Positions 30,536-40,664 of a stretch of 64,000 nucleotides of DNA are shown in pieces. Position numbers and translations under genes: made by a program. A model generated the notes under the pieces. It did no database searches, was not told where the DNA came from, and saw nothing but the letters and a program-made list of their open reading frames with translations. Position 1 is the first letter of the stretch. Every line of letters starts with the position of its first letter. Origin of the DNA: Acidobacteriota bacterium (GTDB taxonomy: Bacteria > Acidobacteriota > UBA890 > WLXD01); assembly GCA_965248695.1 (NCBI GenBank), contig CBDFKD010000002.1, positions 2,816,001 through 2,880,000 on the forward strand, written 5' to 3'.

Positions 30536-31795
30536 TGACCTGACCCCGCGGTTAGTACCATGTCTTATCTCAGTAACTCGGTGCTGACAAGAGGTTGTTG
30601 AGGCCGGCGAAGCGGAGCGCAGCCGGCTTCAACAACGTCGCTTCGGGTGCGGGCGGCCGATAGCTCAGCGAGCTGTGCGGTCGCATGCGGTTGTAGTGCT
30701 GACGCCATCTCTCGATCAGAACCTTTGCCTCCTTGAGCGTGTAGAAGATCTCTCCATCCAGCAGCTCGTCGCGTAGCTTGCCGTTGAAGCTCTCCACGTA
30801 ACCGTTCTCCCACGGCGAGCCCGGCTCGATGAACAGCGTCCCCACGCCCAACCGGCCCAGCCAGTCGCGAACCGCCTCGGCGGTGAACTCTGGTCCGTTA
30901 TCCGACCGGATGTGCTCAGGTATGCCCCGGTGTACGAACAACCTCCCGAGCTGCTCCAGCACGTCCTCAGAGTTGAGCTTCCGTGCTACATGGATCGCCA
31001 GGCTTTCTCGTGTGTACTCATCGACGATCGTCAGCAGCCTCATAGCCCGACCGTCGTGCGTCCGGTGGTGCAGGAAGTCATACGCCCAGACATGATCCCG
31101 GTGCTGTGGGCGCAGCCGGATGCAGGAGCCATCGCTCAGCCACAGCCGTGCTCGTTTGGGCTGTTTTCTCGGTACTTTCAGCCCTTCGCGCCGCCAGATA
31201 CGCTGCACTCGTTTGTGGTTCACGGACCAGCCCTCCATGCGCAGCAACGCTGTCACCCTCCGATATCCGTAGCGCCCGTACTGTCGGGCTAAATCCACGA
31301 TCCGCTCCGTCAAAATCTGCTCCTGTTGCGGCTCTCTTGGCACGTACCGGTGTGTCGTGCGTGGTTGTTTCAGTACCCGACACGCCCGCCTCTCCGAGAC
31401 GCCCAGCCGCCCCCGTACATGTGCCACCGCCTCTCGCCGCCGAGCTGGGCTCAGAAGTTTCCCTCCGCCACTTCCTTCAGGATCGACAGGTCGAGTTCCT
31501 TTTCCGCCACCAGCCTCTTGAGCCGGGCATTCTCCTTCTCCAGTTGCTTGAGCTTTCTGGCCTGGTTGAGCTTCAGTCCGCCGTACTCTCGCCGCCACCG
31601 GTAGTAGGTGTGCTCGGTGATTGCTAGCTTGCGGCAGGCATCCTTGACCGTCGCCCCTCGAGCCAGCTCCACCTCAGCCTCCCGGAGCTTGCGTACGATC
31701 TGCTCGGCGCTGTGCCTCTTACTCGGCATTCTGACCTCCCGTTCTTGACCCAGATCGTGAGATTACATCCGGATCCGTTTTCGGGGGTCAGGTCA
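30536..31795 (-). mobile_element. IS3 element B, copy 2 (inverted)
   Basis: Same IRs and identical ORF translations as 19457..20716. Confidence 0.95.
30570..31729 (-). CDS. IS3 transposase OrfAB (programmed -1 frameshift)
   Basis: Identical to copy 1. Confidence 0.92.
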
Positions 31796-31947
31796 AGGTC
31801 GTCCACCCTGACGAGTTTGCCGGGTGGATTATTGACGCTCGCAAGCCCGCCAGGATGTCCGACAGACCCGCCCGTTAGATCAAACCGCACATTAGTTCGG
31901 CGGTTCCCCCCCCACGCTCCCCTCCGCGCAGCGGGCGTCGTCGTCCC

Positions 31948-33930
31948 TTACTGAATGTAGCCCAGACTTCTTAGAAGCTCGTGCTGCTGACGCGATAGCG
32001 TTGCGTCTGGGTTGGTCTTCAACAGTCCGGCCGCGCCGGCAGCATCGAATCCTTCCGTCGCGAGGCGAGCCACCGCTTCGTCCACAGTCGAGCCCGTCAA
32101 GAGCTGGTGCTCCTCTCCGGGATCTTGACTGAGGTCGTATAGCTCTCGAAGCTTGCCTGTCAGGCTTTCGGCCATGAGCTTCCACGGGCCCTTCCGGATG
32201 CCTAGCATCTCGCGGCCATTCAATAAGACCAGTCTGTTTTCGTCGCTCTCGACAGTGACCGTGGCACCACGGACTGAATCGATAACCATCGGCTTGACGT
32301 CAATCAGGGACCACAGCCCGTCGATCGTCCGACCCGTATCCTGTCCAGGGCGCTTTACCAGCAAAGGTACCCTCGCCTGCTCTTCATACGGACGCCATCC
32401 ATGGGTCGGGAAGCCATGGGCCCCAAGCCCTTCACCGTGATCAGAAGTCACCACGATGAGCGACCGGTCGAACCTCTCCGTCTGTTGAAGATACGCGAAC
32501 AGTCTCCCGATCTCCGAGTCCAAATATGCGATTTCACCATCGTATTGAGAACTGACGTGAGCGGCCTGGCGGCTTGTGTACGTCCCGGTCCGACGGTAAT
32601 CGGATATCAGCCGCGAATCATAGCGAAGCGCAGGGTCATATCCGGGGAACCGACCGGTAAACTCAGTGGGCGGTCGATACGGATCGTGTGCATCCAACAG
32701 GTTCAAGAAGAAGAACGTGGGGCCTTCCGAAGACTCGACCCAAGAGATCGCACTGTCGACCATCGCCGTCGCGCGCGGGTAGTACACGTCGCCGACTATC
32801 CAGCGGTTGTCGAACCAATTCAGTTGCCCGACGAACGGGACGGGAGCCAGTAGCGTCCGCACTGCCGCATCTTGGTGGGCTCCAGGGAGGTTGTGAACTC
32901 CGGGCGCGATGCGGTCGAATCCCCGATGCATGTCGGCCGGTAAAGCGAGGCGATTCGCCGAAAGCGCGATCGTCGAGTAACCCCGGCCACGAAGTTCCTC
33001 AGCGATTGTCTCCGCTTGTGAATGTTCGGCGTATCGTCCAGTGAAAAGGGATCGATGACTTTCTGGCGTGCGGGTGTGCGTCGAGTATGCGTTCTCGTAA
33101 CGATCGGAAATCTCCGCGAACCTGTCCAGGTTCGGGCTTACACGGCGCGCATAACCGTAGGACCCGAGACGGTCAGCGCGCACCGTATCGAGCACGATCA
33201 GCCATACATCGGCGCGGGTCTCCCCAGTTTCGACAATGCTCTCCACGTCCGGTCTGCCACCCGCATACCCGACCGTGCCCGCATAAAGGATCTGGCCCGC
33301 GGTAGCCAGGAGCACCAGGAGCGGGACCACTAGCACGGCCCAGTACCGGGAAGCCGGGGCGATGTGACGCGACCGCCAGATGAGAGCGAATCCGAGCCCC
33401 GGCAGAATCAAGAACCAGCTCGGATCCACGTCTACGAGCTGCGTCGCCACGGACGGGAAGCACAGCCAAACGCTAGCGATTGGCACAGAACTCGTGAGGA
33501 GCACTGTGACCGTTCCCTCCCGGTCGCGCGCGATCATTCGTGCCGCCGCTGCCCCAATAAGCAGCACGACGCTCATAGGAATCCAGGCCCAGCCTTCCCA
33601 CGATGCCGACGACCCGTCGGTTTGGCTGATCAGAACAACCAGAGATACGAAATTGATCGTGAACAGCATCGTCTCTGGATGCTGCCGCGATTCGCCTCGG
33701 AATCGACGGGTGAGCGCCGCCGCCAGAGCCGCGATGGCACCCATCGCGCACGACAACACGCCGTAGAAAGCCAGCGAAACGAGTACCTGGCGGAAGCCGA
33801 CGGGCTGATAGAGGTACCGCATTCGAAGCCCCTCGAACACGGCGAATGATAGCCAGAACAACAGCGACGCGGCGAAGAGGGAACTACCCTTGGGTGGCCG
33901 TGGTCGTGTGATCCAAGCGGGCATCCGCAT
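31948..33930 (-). CDS. Membrane-anchored sulfatase-like hydrolase/transferase
   Basis: Multiple TMs, LDTVRAD, TPESHRSLFTG, DAHDPY, YDGEI, SDHGE and LRSLGYIQ. Confidence 0.88.
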   Translation of the reverse strand: MRMPAWITRPRPPKGSSLFAASLLFWLSFAVFEGLRMRYLYQPVGFRQVLVSLAFYGVLSCAMGAIAALAAALTRRFRGESRQHPETMLFTINFVSLVVLISQTDGSSASWEGWAWIPMSVVLLIGAAAARMIARDREGTVTVLLTSSVPIASVWLCFPSVATQLVDVDPSWFLILPGLGFALIWRSRHIAPASRYWAVLVVPLLVLLATAGQILYAGTVGYAGGRPDVESIVETGETRADVWLIVLDTVRADRLGSYGYARRVSPNLDRFAEISDRYENAYSTHTRTPESHRSLFTGRYAEHSQAETIAEELRGRGYSTIALSANRLALPADMHRGFDRIAPGVHNLPGAHQDAAVRTLLAPVPFVGQLNWFDNRWIVGDVYYPRATAMVDSAISWVESSEGPTFFFLNLLDAHDPYRPPTEFTGRFPGYDPALRYDSRLISDYRRTGTYTSRQAAHVSSQYDGEIAYLDSEIGRLFAYLQQTERFDRSLIVVTSDHGEGLGAHGFPTHGWRPYEEQARVPLLVKRPGQDTGRTIDGLWSLIDVKPMVIDSVRGATVTVESDENRLVLLNGREMLGIRKGPWKLMAESLTGKLRELYDLSQDPGEEHQLLTGSTVDEAVARLATEGFDAAGAAGLLKTNPDATLSRQQHELLRSLGYIQ

Positions 33931-34174
33931 CCAGGTGGGTCCTCTCCCGAATAGTTCGCTAGGCAGGCACGTCCGACACCCGCGCCCGTCCGCCTGGGCC
34001 AAGGTGGGCGGTCATCTTAGTACATCGAGTTTGCACACGGGCGGCTCATGGTGGAGCCGGTGAGCTGACTCGCGCGGGGACTGGGAACCTCGCAGCCCAT
34101 CTCTGCCGCCGTGCTACTCGTACTTGGACCGGTTCATTGCGCCACCGCGAAGATCAGCGCCAACAGGCGCGCGA

Positions 34175-36157
34175 CTACTGAATGTAGCCCAAGCTCCTGA
34201 GCAACTCGCGTTGCTGTTTGGATGGGGCCGAGCCCTGTTTCAACAACCCCGCCGCGTCAGCGGCGGCGAACCCTTCCGCGGCGAGCCGATTGGCCACCTC
34301 GTTGGTCGTCGAGCCTGCCAGAAGGTCTGTTTCCTCACCGGGATCACGACTGAGGTCGTATAGCTCGCGGAGCCTACCGTTCAGCTTGTCGGCCAACAGC
34401 TTCCACGGACCTTTCCGTACGCCTAGCAACTCGCGGCCGTTGAGCAGGACCACGTCGTCTCCGTCGCGGGCGGAGCTTGACTCGCCACCGTTGACCGAGT
34501 CCAGGACGATCGACTTAACCTCAACAAGGGACCACAAGCCACCAATTGTCCGACCCGCATCCTGCCCCGGGTGCTTTACGATCAAGGGTACTCGAGACTG
34601 CTCCTCGTACGGAAACCACCCATGCGTAGCAAACCCGTGAGCTCCAAGCCCCTCGCCATGGTCTGAGGTCACCAGTACGAGCGACGGCTCGAACCTCCCG
34701 GCTCGCCGAAGATACGAGAACAGCCGCCCCAGTTCCGCATCCGCATAGGCGATCTCTCCGTCGTATTGAGAAACCACGTGGGAGGTTTGAGCGCTCGTGT
34801 ATCTTCCCGTCCGCATGCCTTCGACCACCAACCCGGAGTCATAGCGCAGCATGGGATCGTAGCCTGGGAACAATTCCGCAAACTGTAGGGGGGGGCGATA
34901 AGGATCGTGTGCGTCCAATAGGTTCAGGAACAAGAACGTGGGCCTGTCCGATGCGTCGAGCCAGGACACCGCCCTGTCTACCATCGCGGTTGCTCGCGAG
35001 TAAAACACGTCCCCGATCACCCAGCGGTTGTTGAACCAGTTTCGTTCTCCGAGGAACGGGATGGGAGCCAGCAACGCTCGCACGGTCGAAGCGTGGTGAG
35101 CCCTGGGAAGGTTGTGCACGCCGGGAGCTATGCGATCGAATCCGCGATGCATGTCGGCGGGTAGGGCGAGGCGGTTTGCCGAAAGCGCGATCGTCGAGTA
35201 CCCGAGACTGCGCAATTCTTCGGCAATTGTCGTCGCTTCTGCGTGCTTGGCGAATCGCCCGGTGAACAGGGATCGATGACTCTCTGGAGTCCGCGTGTGT
35301 GTCGCGTAGGCATATTCATACCTGTCGGACAGGGCCGCAAGTTGGTCAAGATGCGGGCTCACTGGCCGCTCGTAGCCGTATGAACCGATGTGATCAGCGC
35401 GCACCGTATCGAGCACGATCATTAGGACGTCAGGTTGACGCTGCACGCCGTCGTTCTCCGTACCTCCATCGCTGACGAACTGTTCCGGCGCATGTCCTAC
35501 TTTGCCCGCATAGAGAATATGGCAGCTGGTGGCGACGAGAATCAGCAGCGGGAGGAGAAGTGCTAGCCCGTATCCCGATGGAGCTGCGAGACGCGGGGAG
35601 CGCCACAGCGCCGCGAATCCGACCCCGATCATGACCAAGAACCAGGCCGGGTCTAGCTCTACGAGTTGCGTGCGCACGGACGGGAAAGTCAGCCAAACAA
35701 TGACGCCAGGTACCAAGACGGTCAGGAGAACTTCGACCTTCCCGTTTGTCTGGTTCGCGATTGCTCCTAGTGCAACTGCTCCGACTAGGACTGCGACACC
35801 TGCAGCCACCCAGCTGAAGCCCTCCAGCGACGAACGCGATCCGTCGGCTCGACTAATGAGAATCAGCAGGACCACGGCGTTGAGGGCGAACAAGAGAACC
35901 ACTGGTCTTGCAGTCCACGAGGCTCGAAGTCGGGGAATCAAACACATGGTCAGAGCTGCAACGGCGGCCATGGCTACCGCGAACCCGGCGTAGAAGACCA
36001 GCGAGACAAGCACCTGGCGGAAGCCAAGTGGCTGGTACAGGTATCGACTGCGAAGGCCCTCGAAGACGGCGAAAGAGACCCAGAACAGGACCGATGCACC
36101 GAGCAAGCACCGCCCGGCCGACAGTCGTTCCCGATCGGCCCAAGCAGGCGACCACAT
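34175..36157 (-). CDS. Membrane-anchored sulfatase-like hydrolase/transferase (paralog)
   Basis: Same motifs and architecture as its neighbour. Confidence 0.88.
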   Translation of the reverse strand: MWSPAWADRERLSAGRCLLGASVLFWVSFAVFEGLRSRYLYQPLGFRQVLVSLVFYAGFAVAMAAVAALTMCLIPRLRASWTARPVVLLFALNAVVLLILISRADGSRSSLEGFSWVAAGVAVLVGAVALGAIANQTNGKVEVLLTVLVPGVIVWLTFPSVRTQLVELDPAWFLVMIGVGFAALWRSPRLAAPSGYGLALLLPLLILVATSCHILYAGKVGHAPEQFVSDGGTENDGVQRQPDVLMIVLDTVRADHIGSYGYERPVSPHLDQLAALSDRYEYAYATHTRTPESHRSLFTGRFAKHAEATTIAEELRSLGYSTIALSANRLALPADMHRGFDRIAPGVHNLPRAHHASTVRALLAPIPFLGERNWFNNRWVIGDVFYSRATAMVDRAVSWLDASDRPTFLFLNLLDAHDPYRPPLQFAELFPGYDPMLRYDSGLVVEGMRTGRYTSAQTSHVVSQYDGEIAYADAELGRLFSYLRRAGRFEPSLVLVTSDHGEGLGAHGFATHGWFPYEEQSRVPLIVKHPGQDAGRTIGGLWSLVEVKSIVLDSVNGGESSSARDGDDVVLLNGRELLGVRKGPWKLLADKLNGRLRELYDLSRDPGEETDLLAGSTTNEVANRLAAEGFAAADAAGLLKQGSAPSKQQRELLRSLGYIQ

Positions 36158-36237
36158 CAAGCTGGGTCCTTTCGCAGAGCGTGCCAGGGCGCGCGCAGAG
36201 GCCCCCAACCGAGTGATCTCAAGACCGATCGCTCATC

Positions 36238-37320
36238 TTAGTACACCGACTGGACCGATTTGCGGAGCTCTTCGGCCAGCAACCGTGCGCCGATCGGGAT
36301 GGTGTATCGCCCCTCGACGAACGCGCGTCCCGCGGCGCCCATACGCTCACGCTGCTCCGCGCTATCAACTAGTCGGAGGATGCCGGACACCCATTCGTCG
36401 TGGGTCCGGGCGTGGAACCCAGTCTCCCCATGCTGGACCATCTCCGCCACCACTCCGACCGGAGAGGCGACAACTGGCACTCCGGCAGCCATGTATTGGA
36501 TGGCCTTCAAGCCACATTTGCCGCGTGACCAGTCCGAGTCCGGCAATGGGTAGAGACCTATGTCCGCGTTGGCGAAATAGCTCGTCTCGTCGGCCAGCCT
36601 CCAACGCGTGGCCTTCACCGGAACGCTTCCGAGTCGGTTCGGTGGCCTACTGCTGACGACCTCGAAGCAGAACTCTCGCTGCGACGCCACCTCCTCGAGG
36701 GCCGATCTGACCAACTCCAGATACGGCTGCGTCGTATGCGTGCCTACCCAGGAAATGCGAACCACGCCTTGAGCTGCGCGAGCCGCTGACGGCTGCAGCC
36801 GGTCGGCATCGACGACCGTTGGAACGATCTGAACCCGTTTGGCTCCTTCGTGCCGGGCAAACTCGGCGAGCCACCTGTTGCCAGCCAGGACGACCCGTGC
36901 GCCACGCACGATTGCCTTCGTATCCTTGCGCTCCTGACGCAATGGTCGGAGCCAACTCGTACCACCCTCTACCGGCAGGTAGACGGCATCATCGAGATCG
37001 AACAGGTATGGGATCCCGGTGCTCTTGAGGCTGCCAAGTAGCAAACGGTTGAAGAAGGGGGCCAGCTCTCGGTAAACGATCACCGCGTCGGTGTCGGACA
37101 AGCTCGATATCTGTCGTCGCCGGCGGCGGTAGCCGTGCCAGACCGCTTTCGCTCGTGTGGTGAGCCCTCGGCGGTAGAGCGCCTGGAACTCCGTAGGCGA
37201 GAAGAAGGGCCACACCTTGAGCTGAATGCCCAGGCGATTCAGCTCGTCCGTATACTGAACAAGCCGGTAGCGCGAACCGGGGCTCTCCTCGGGGTGAGTC
37301 GTTAGCGCCACTACCCGCAT
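36238..37320 (-). CDS. Glycosyltransferase family 4
   Basis: FDLDDA and GKCGLKAIQYMAAGVPVVASPVG motifs. Confidence 0.9.
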   Translation of the reverse strand: MRVVALTTHPEESPGSRYRLVQYTDELNRLGIQLKVWPFFSPTEFQALYRRGLTTRAKAVWHGYRRRRRQISSLSDTDAVIVYRELAPFFNRLLLGSLKSTGIPYLFDLDDAVYLPVEGGTSWLRPLRQERKDTKAIVRGARVVLAGNRWLAEFARHEGAKRVQIVPTVVDADRLQPSAARAAQGVVRISWVGTHTTQPYLELVRSALEEVASQREFCFEVVSSRPPNRLGSVPVKATRWRLADETSYFANADIGLYPLPDSDWSRGKCGLKAIQYMAAGVPVVASPVGVVAEMVQHGETGFHARTHDEWVSGILRLVDSAEQRERMGAAGRAFVEGRYTIPIGARLLAEELRKSVQSVY

Positions 37321-37341
37321 GCGTCTTGCCTGCGTCGGTGG

Positions 37342-39333
37342 CTACGCTGATCTGGCGGCACGGCTAGGTTGGTCGCTGTCTCGGGCGGGCGCCACGGACT
37401 CAGCGGAGTGCTCGAGCCACGCCTGGAACATCAAGACGGTCCATAGCTCGTGGTGGCGATTGAGCCGTTCCGACGTGTGCTCGTTCCAGGCCTTGCGGAT
37501 TGGCGCCGCATTCAAATATCCATCACCGCCCAGTCGACGAGCGTCTAGCAGCGACTCCGCCCAATCACGAAGTGGGCCGCGGAGCCACGTATCGATCGGC
37601 ACCGCGAACCCCATCTTCGGACGGTCTGTCAAAGCGACAGGAACGTGCCGATCGAGAACACGTCGGAGCACCCATTTGCCGGGTCCTCGGTCAGCTTTCA
37701 TGGCGGATCTGAGTCGCCATGAGAGCTCGACGACACGATGGTCCAATAGTGGAACCCGAGCCTCCAGCCCGACCGACATGCTGGCCCGGTCCACCTTGGC
37801 CAGAATGTCGTCCGGCAGATAGGTCAGCGAGTCCAGCAGCTGCATACGCTCCTTGGGGTCGGGAACGTCTGCCTCGAGATCGCGATCCCATGGAACATCG
37901 GACGCTGACTGGGCTCCGGCAACCAGGTCGTTGGGCCGTGTCCAACAGCTGACCAAGGTTTCGTAGACGGCTGCCTCGGACTCGAGGGCAATCAGGTCGG
38001 CCAGCTTGTGCATCTTCTCGCCCGGCAGTCGCACACGACGTCGCGCCGGGACGATACGCGCCAGCCGGTTCCATGCATCGGGAGACAGTGCCCGGAGAGC
38101 CGCCGCGCCGAATTGCCGGAACAAGCGTGGCACCTGAGCCACACCGTTGTGAAGCCGCGAGCCCCACGAGTACCGATTGTAGCCTCCGAACAGCTCGTCG
38201 CCGCCGTCCCCCGAGAGCGCCACCGTTACGTGCTTGCGCGTAAGGTGAGACACCAGGCTCGTCGGGACCTGCGAGGAATCACCGAACGGCTCGTCGAACC
38301 ACTCCGGCAACCGCGGGATAAGCGCCATCGCGTCGTCTGGCTCGACGTACAGCTCCGTATGCTCCGTGCCGAGATGTTTGGCGACAGCGGCGGCATGCAC
38401 AGCCTCGTTGTACAAATCCTGGCCGAAGCCGATTGAGAACGTACGTACCGGGCGAGAGCTCTGCGCCTGCATGAGCGCTACTACCGTAGAGCTGTCGATA
38501 CCGCCCGACAGGAAGGCGCCGAGCGGAACATCCGCGACCATGCGCCTTCCCACAGCGTCCAACAGCAGTTCCTCTAGCTGATCGGTCAGGTCGGAGTCAC
38601 TGCCCTCGAGTCGGTGACGGACCCCCTCGGCGGCGATTCTGCGCAGATCCCAATAGGTCGAGATCTGGTGGGTTCCATCAGGGTGAATCCGCACGAGCTG
38701 TCCCGGCGGGAGCTTGGCGATCCCCTCATAGATGCTCTGCGGCGCGGGGACATATCCGAAGCGTAGGTAGCTCGCCAGCGCGGTCCGATCGACCCTCGCC
38801 TCGAAAGCCGGATGCGCCAGAAAGCACTTCGGCTGCGAGCCGAAGAACACGACGTTCTGCTGTCTACCCCAGTAGAGAGGCTTGATGCCAAGCCGGTCGC
38901 GCGCGAGCGTCAGGGTCTGTGTATGGCGATCCCAAAGCGCGAACGAGAACATTCCGTTGAGCCGCTCCAGCGCGCCCTCGACACCCCATTCAACGCACCC
39001 TTCGAGAAGAACCTCGGTATCGGAATAGCCGCGAAACCGGGTTCCGCCCGCCCGGAGGTCGTCGGCCAGGGCGCGAAAGTTGTAGATCTCGCCGTTATAC
39101 GCAAGAACGAATCTGCCGTCCGACGACACCATCGGTTGGCCGCCAAGCGGCGACAGATCCACGATCGAGAGTCGCCGATGTCCGAGAGCAACGCCCACAG
39201 CGGGGTCTGCCCAGGTGCCACCGTCATCGGGACCGCGGTGTCGAACCTGGTCGGCCATGGCGTGGGCGAGCTGTTCGAGCTCGTGGCCCGAGGTCTCGGC
39301 CCGAAGATCTATGAACCCGGCGTAGCCGCACAT
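37342..39333 (-). CDS. asnB: Asparagine synthase-type glutamine amidotransferase (glycan-locus type)
   Basis: MCG, HRGPD, NGEIYN, LSGGIDSS and SGDGGDELFGGY motifs. Confidence 0.93.
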   Translation of the reverse strand: MCGYAGFIDLRAETSGHELEQLAHAMADQVRHRGPDDGGTWADPAVGVALGHRRLSIVDLSPLGGQPMVSSDGRFVLAYNGEIYNFRALADDLRAGGTRFRGYSDTEVLLEGCVEWGVEGALERLNGMFSFALWDRHTQTLTLARDRLGIKPLYWGRQQNVVFFGSQPKCFLAHPAFEARVDRTALASYLRFGYVPAPQSIYEGIAKLPPGQLVRIHPDGTHQISTYWDLRRIAAEGVRHRLEGSDSDLTDQLEELLLDAVGRRMVADVPLGAFLSGGIDSSTVVALMQAQSSRPVRTFSIGFGQDLYNEAVHAAAVAKHLGTEHTELYVEPDDAMALIPRLPEWFDEPFGDSSQVPTSLVSHLTRKHVTVALSGDGGDELFGGYNRYSWGSRLHNGVAQVPRLFRQFGAAALRALSPDAWNRLARIVPARRRVRLPGEKMHKLADLIALESEAAVYETLVSCWTRPNDLVAGAQSASDVPWDRDLEADVPDPKERMQLLDSLTYLPDDILAKVDRASMSVGLEARVPLLDHRVVELSWRLRSAMKADRGPGKWVLRRVLDRHVPVALTDRPKMGFAVPIDTWLRGPLRDWAESLLDARRLGGDGYLNAAPIRKAWNEHTSERLNRHHELWTVLMFQAWLEHSAESVAPARDSDQPSRAARSA

Positions 39334-39575
39334 TGATAGTTACCCTGCTGTGTTCATCAACGCCCTCGCCCAACACCTGTGCGGCGAAGCATGGCACCGA
39401 TGAATGCGGCGATCCTCCTCGAACTGAGCACGGCCACGGAGGAATCTTGACGTCGGTCGGGAGCGTAGCGAAGATTCATCCTATCTGGCAGTGTCCTCTC
39501 TGGCAGAGTTCTGTCCCGTCGGGGGCACCTACTAGACTGCCCGCATACCCTCGCCCAACCGAATCGGAAGAAACT

Positions 39576-40595
39576 ATGGCGATCCGCGGGAAGTCCTTCC
39601 GAGCGATCCAGAGCCGACTTACACGGTTCTGCGTCGCGACCGGTCACGCGGACCGTGCGTTCTTCCTTCTCCTGAGCTCCGGGCGGGCGATACCGGTGAA
39701 CGAGCTGCTCGCACCGAGGAATGTCGCGCGTCTTGCTTCCAGCGCACTGCGATATGGCCGACCGAGAATCCTGCGCATGCCCACGAACTTCAAGCTCAAG
39801 ATCAAGAACAATGCACAACTAGTCTACTCGGACACGTCCGGCAAGACCGGCGCTACCGATCGACGGCTCGTCTCCGCCAAGATCGGCCTTCCCTCGGAGT
39901 GGCGGACCGGCTCCCTGGCGCGTGAGATCAAGGCGCGGCAGATCCTGCGCGATTCCGATGCGGCTTCATTTTCCATGCCGACGTTGCACGGCTACGATCG
40001 ACAGAGCCTTACGTGGCTGGCAGAGGAGTTCATCGATGCCGATCCACAGGTCTCTCCGGATCAGAGATCGGCGATCTTCCTGGACAAGCAGGCTACTCGT
40101 TTCTACAAACAGTTCGCGCGGCCACGCCCCATCGCGGCTTTTCTGCGCAAGACCGGAATCGCCCCCGAGACCGTTCAGCAACTCTTGGACGATGCCACAG
40201 TGACGCTCGGCCCCGCCCACTCGACGGATACCTGGCCGGTCTCCTTGACCCACGGTGACCTCTCTACCGGCAACATGATCGCGTCCCACGACGGACGTCT
40301 GTATATCATCGACTGGGAGAAGTTCGGACGAGGACCGATCGCGTGGGATCTGCGCAAGCTGTATCGGAACAGCGTGACTTCCGTCCTCGACGTGCTACAG
40401 AAGACCAGCGCGGAGGGAGATGTCGCCCCCGCGATGCAGATGCGCCTCGTCTTTGCCGTCGAACTGGCGGTACTCCGCCGTGACCGAGATCAGAGGCTCG
40501 CCTACCTGAGGCGCCATGCGGGATTGAGCCGCACCGCGTCCCTCCGGAGGGTTCAGGATCAGGACAGGACCCTACGTGATCTAATCGCAGCCTAG
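39576..40595 (+). CDS. Aminoglycoside-phosphotransferase/kinase-like protein
   Basis: HGDLSTGN...IIDWE. Confidence 0.75.
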   Translation: MAIRGKSFRAIQSRLTRFCVATGHADRAFFLLLSSGRAIPVNELLAPRNVARLASSALRYGRPRILRMPTNFKLKIKNNAQLVYSDTSGKTGATDRRLVSAKIGLPSEWRTGSLAREIKARQILRDSDAASFSMPTLHGYDRQSLTWLAEEFIDADPQVSPDQRSAIFLDKQATRFYKQFARPRPIAAFLRKTGIAPETVQQLLDDATVTLGPAHSTDTWPVSLTHGDLSTGNMIASHDGRLYIIDWEKFGRGPIAWDLRKLYRNSVTSVLDVLQKTSAEGDVAPAMQMRLVFAVELAVLRRDRDQRLAYLRRHAGLSRTASLRRVQDQDRTLRDLIAA

Positions 40596-40664
40596 AGCGA
40601 TGTGGCACCGTCGGGTCAGGAACACAGCAGCTCGACGGTAGGTTCAAAACCAGACTCCAGGCGA

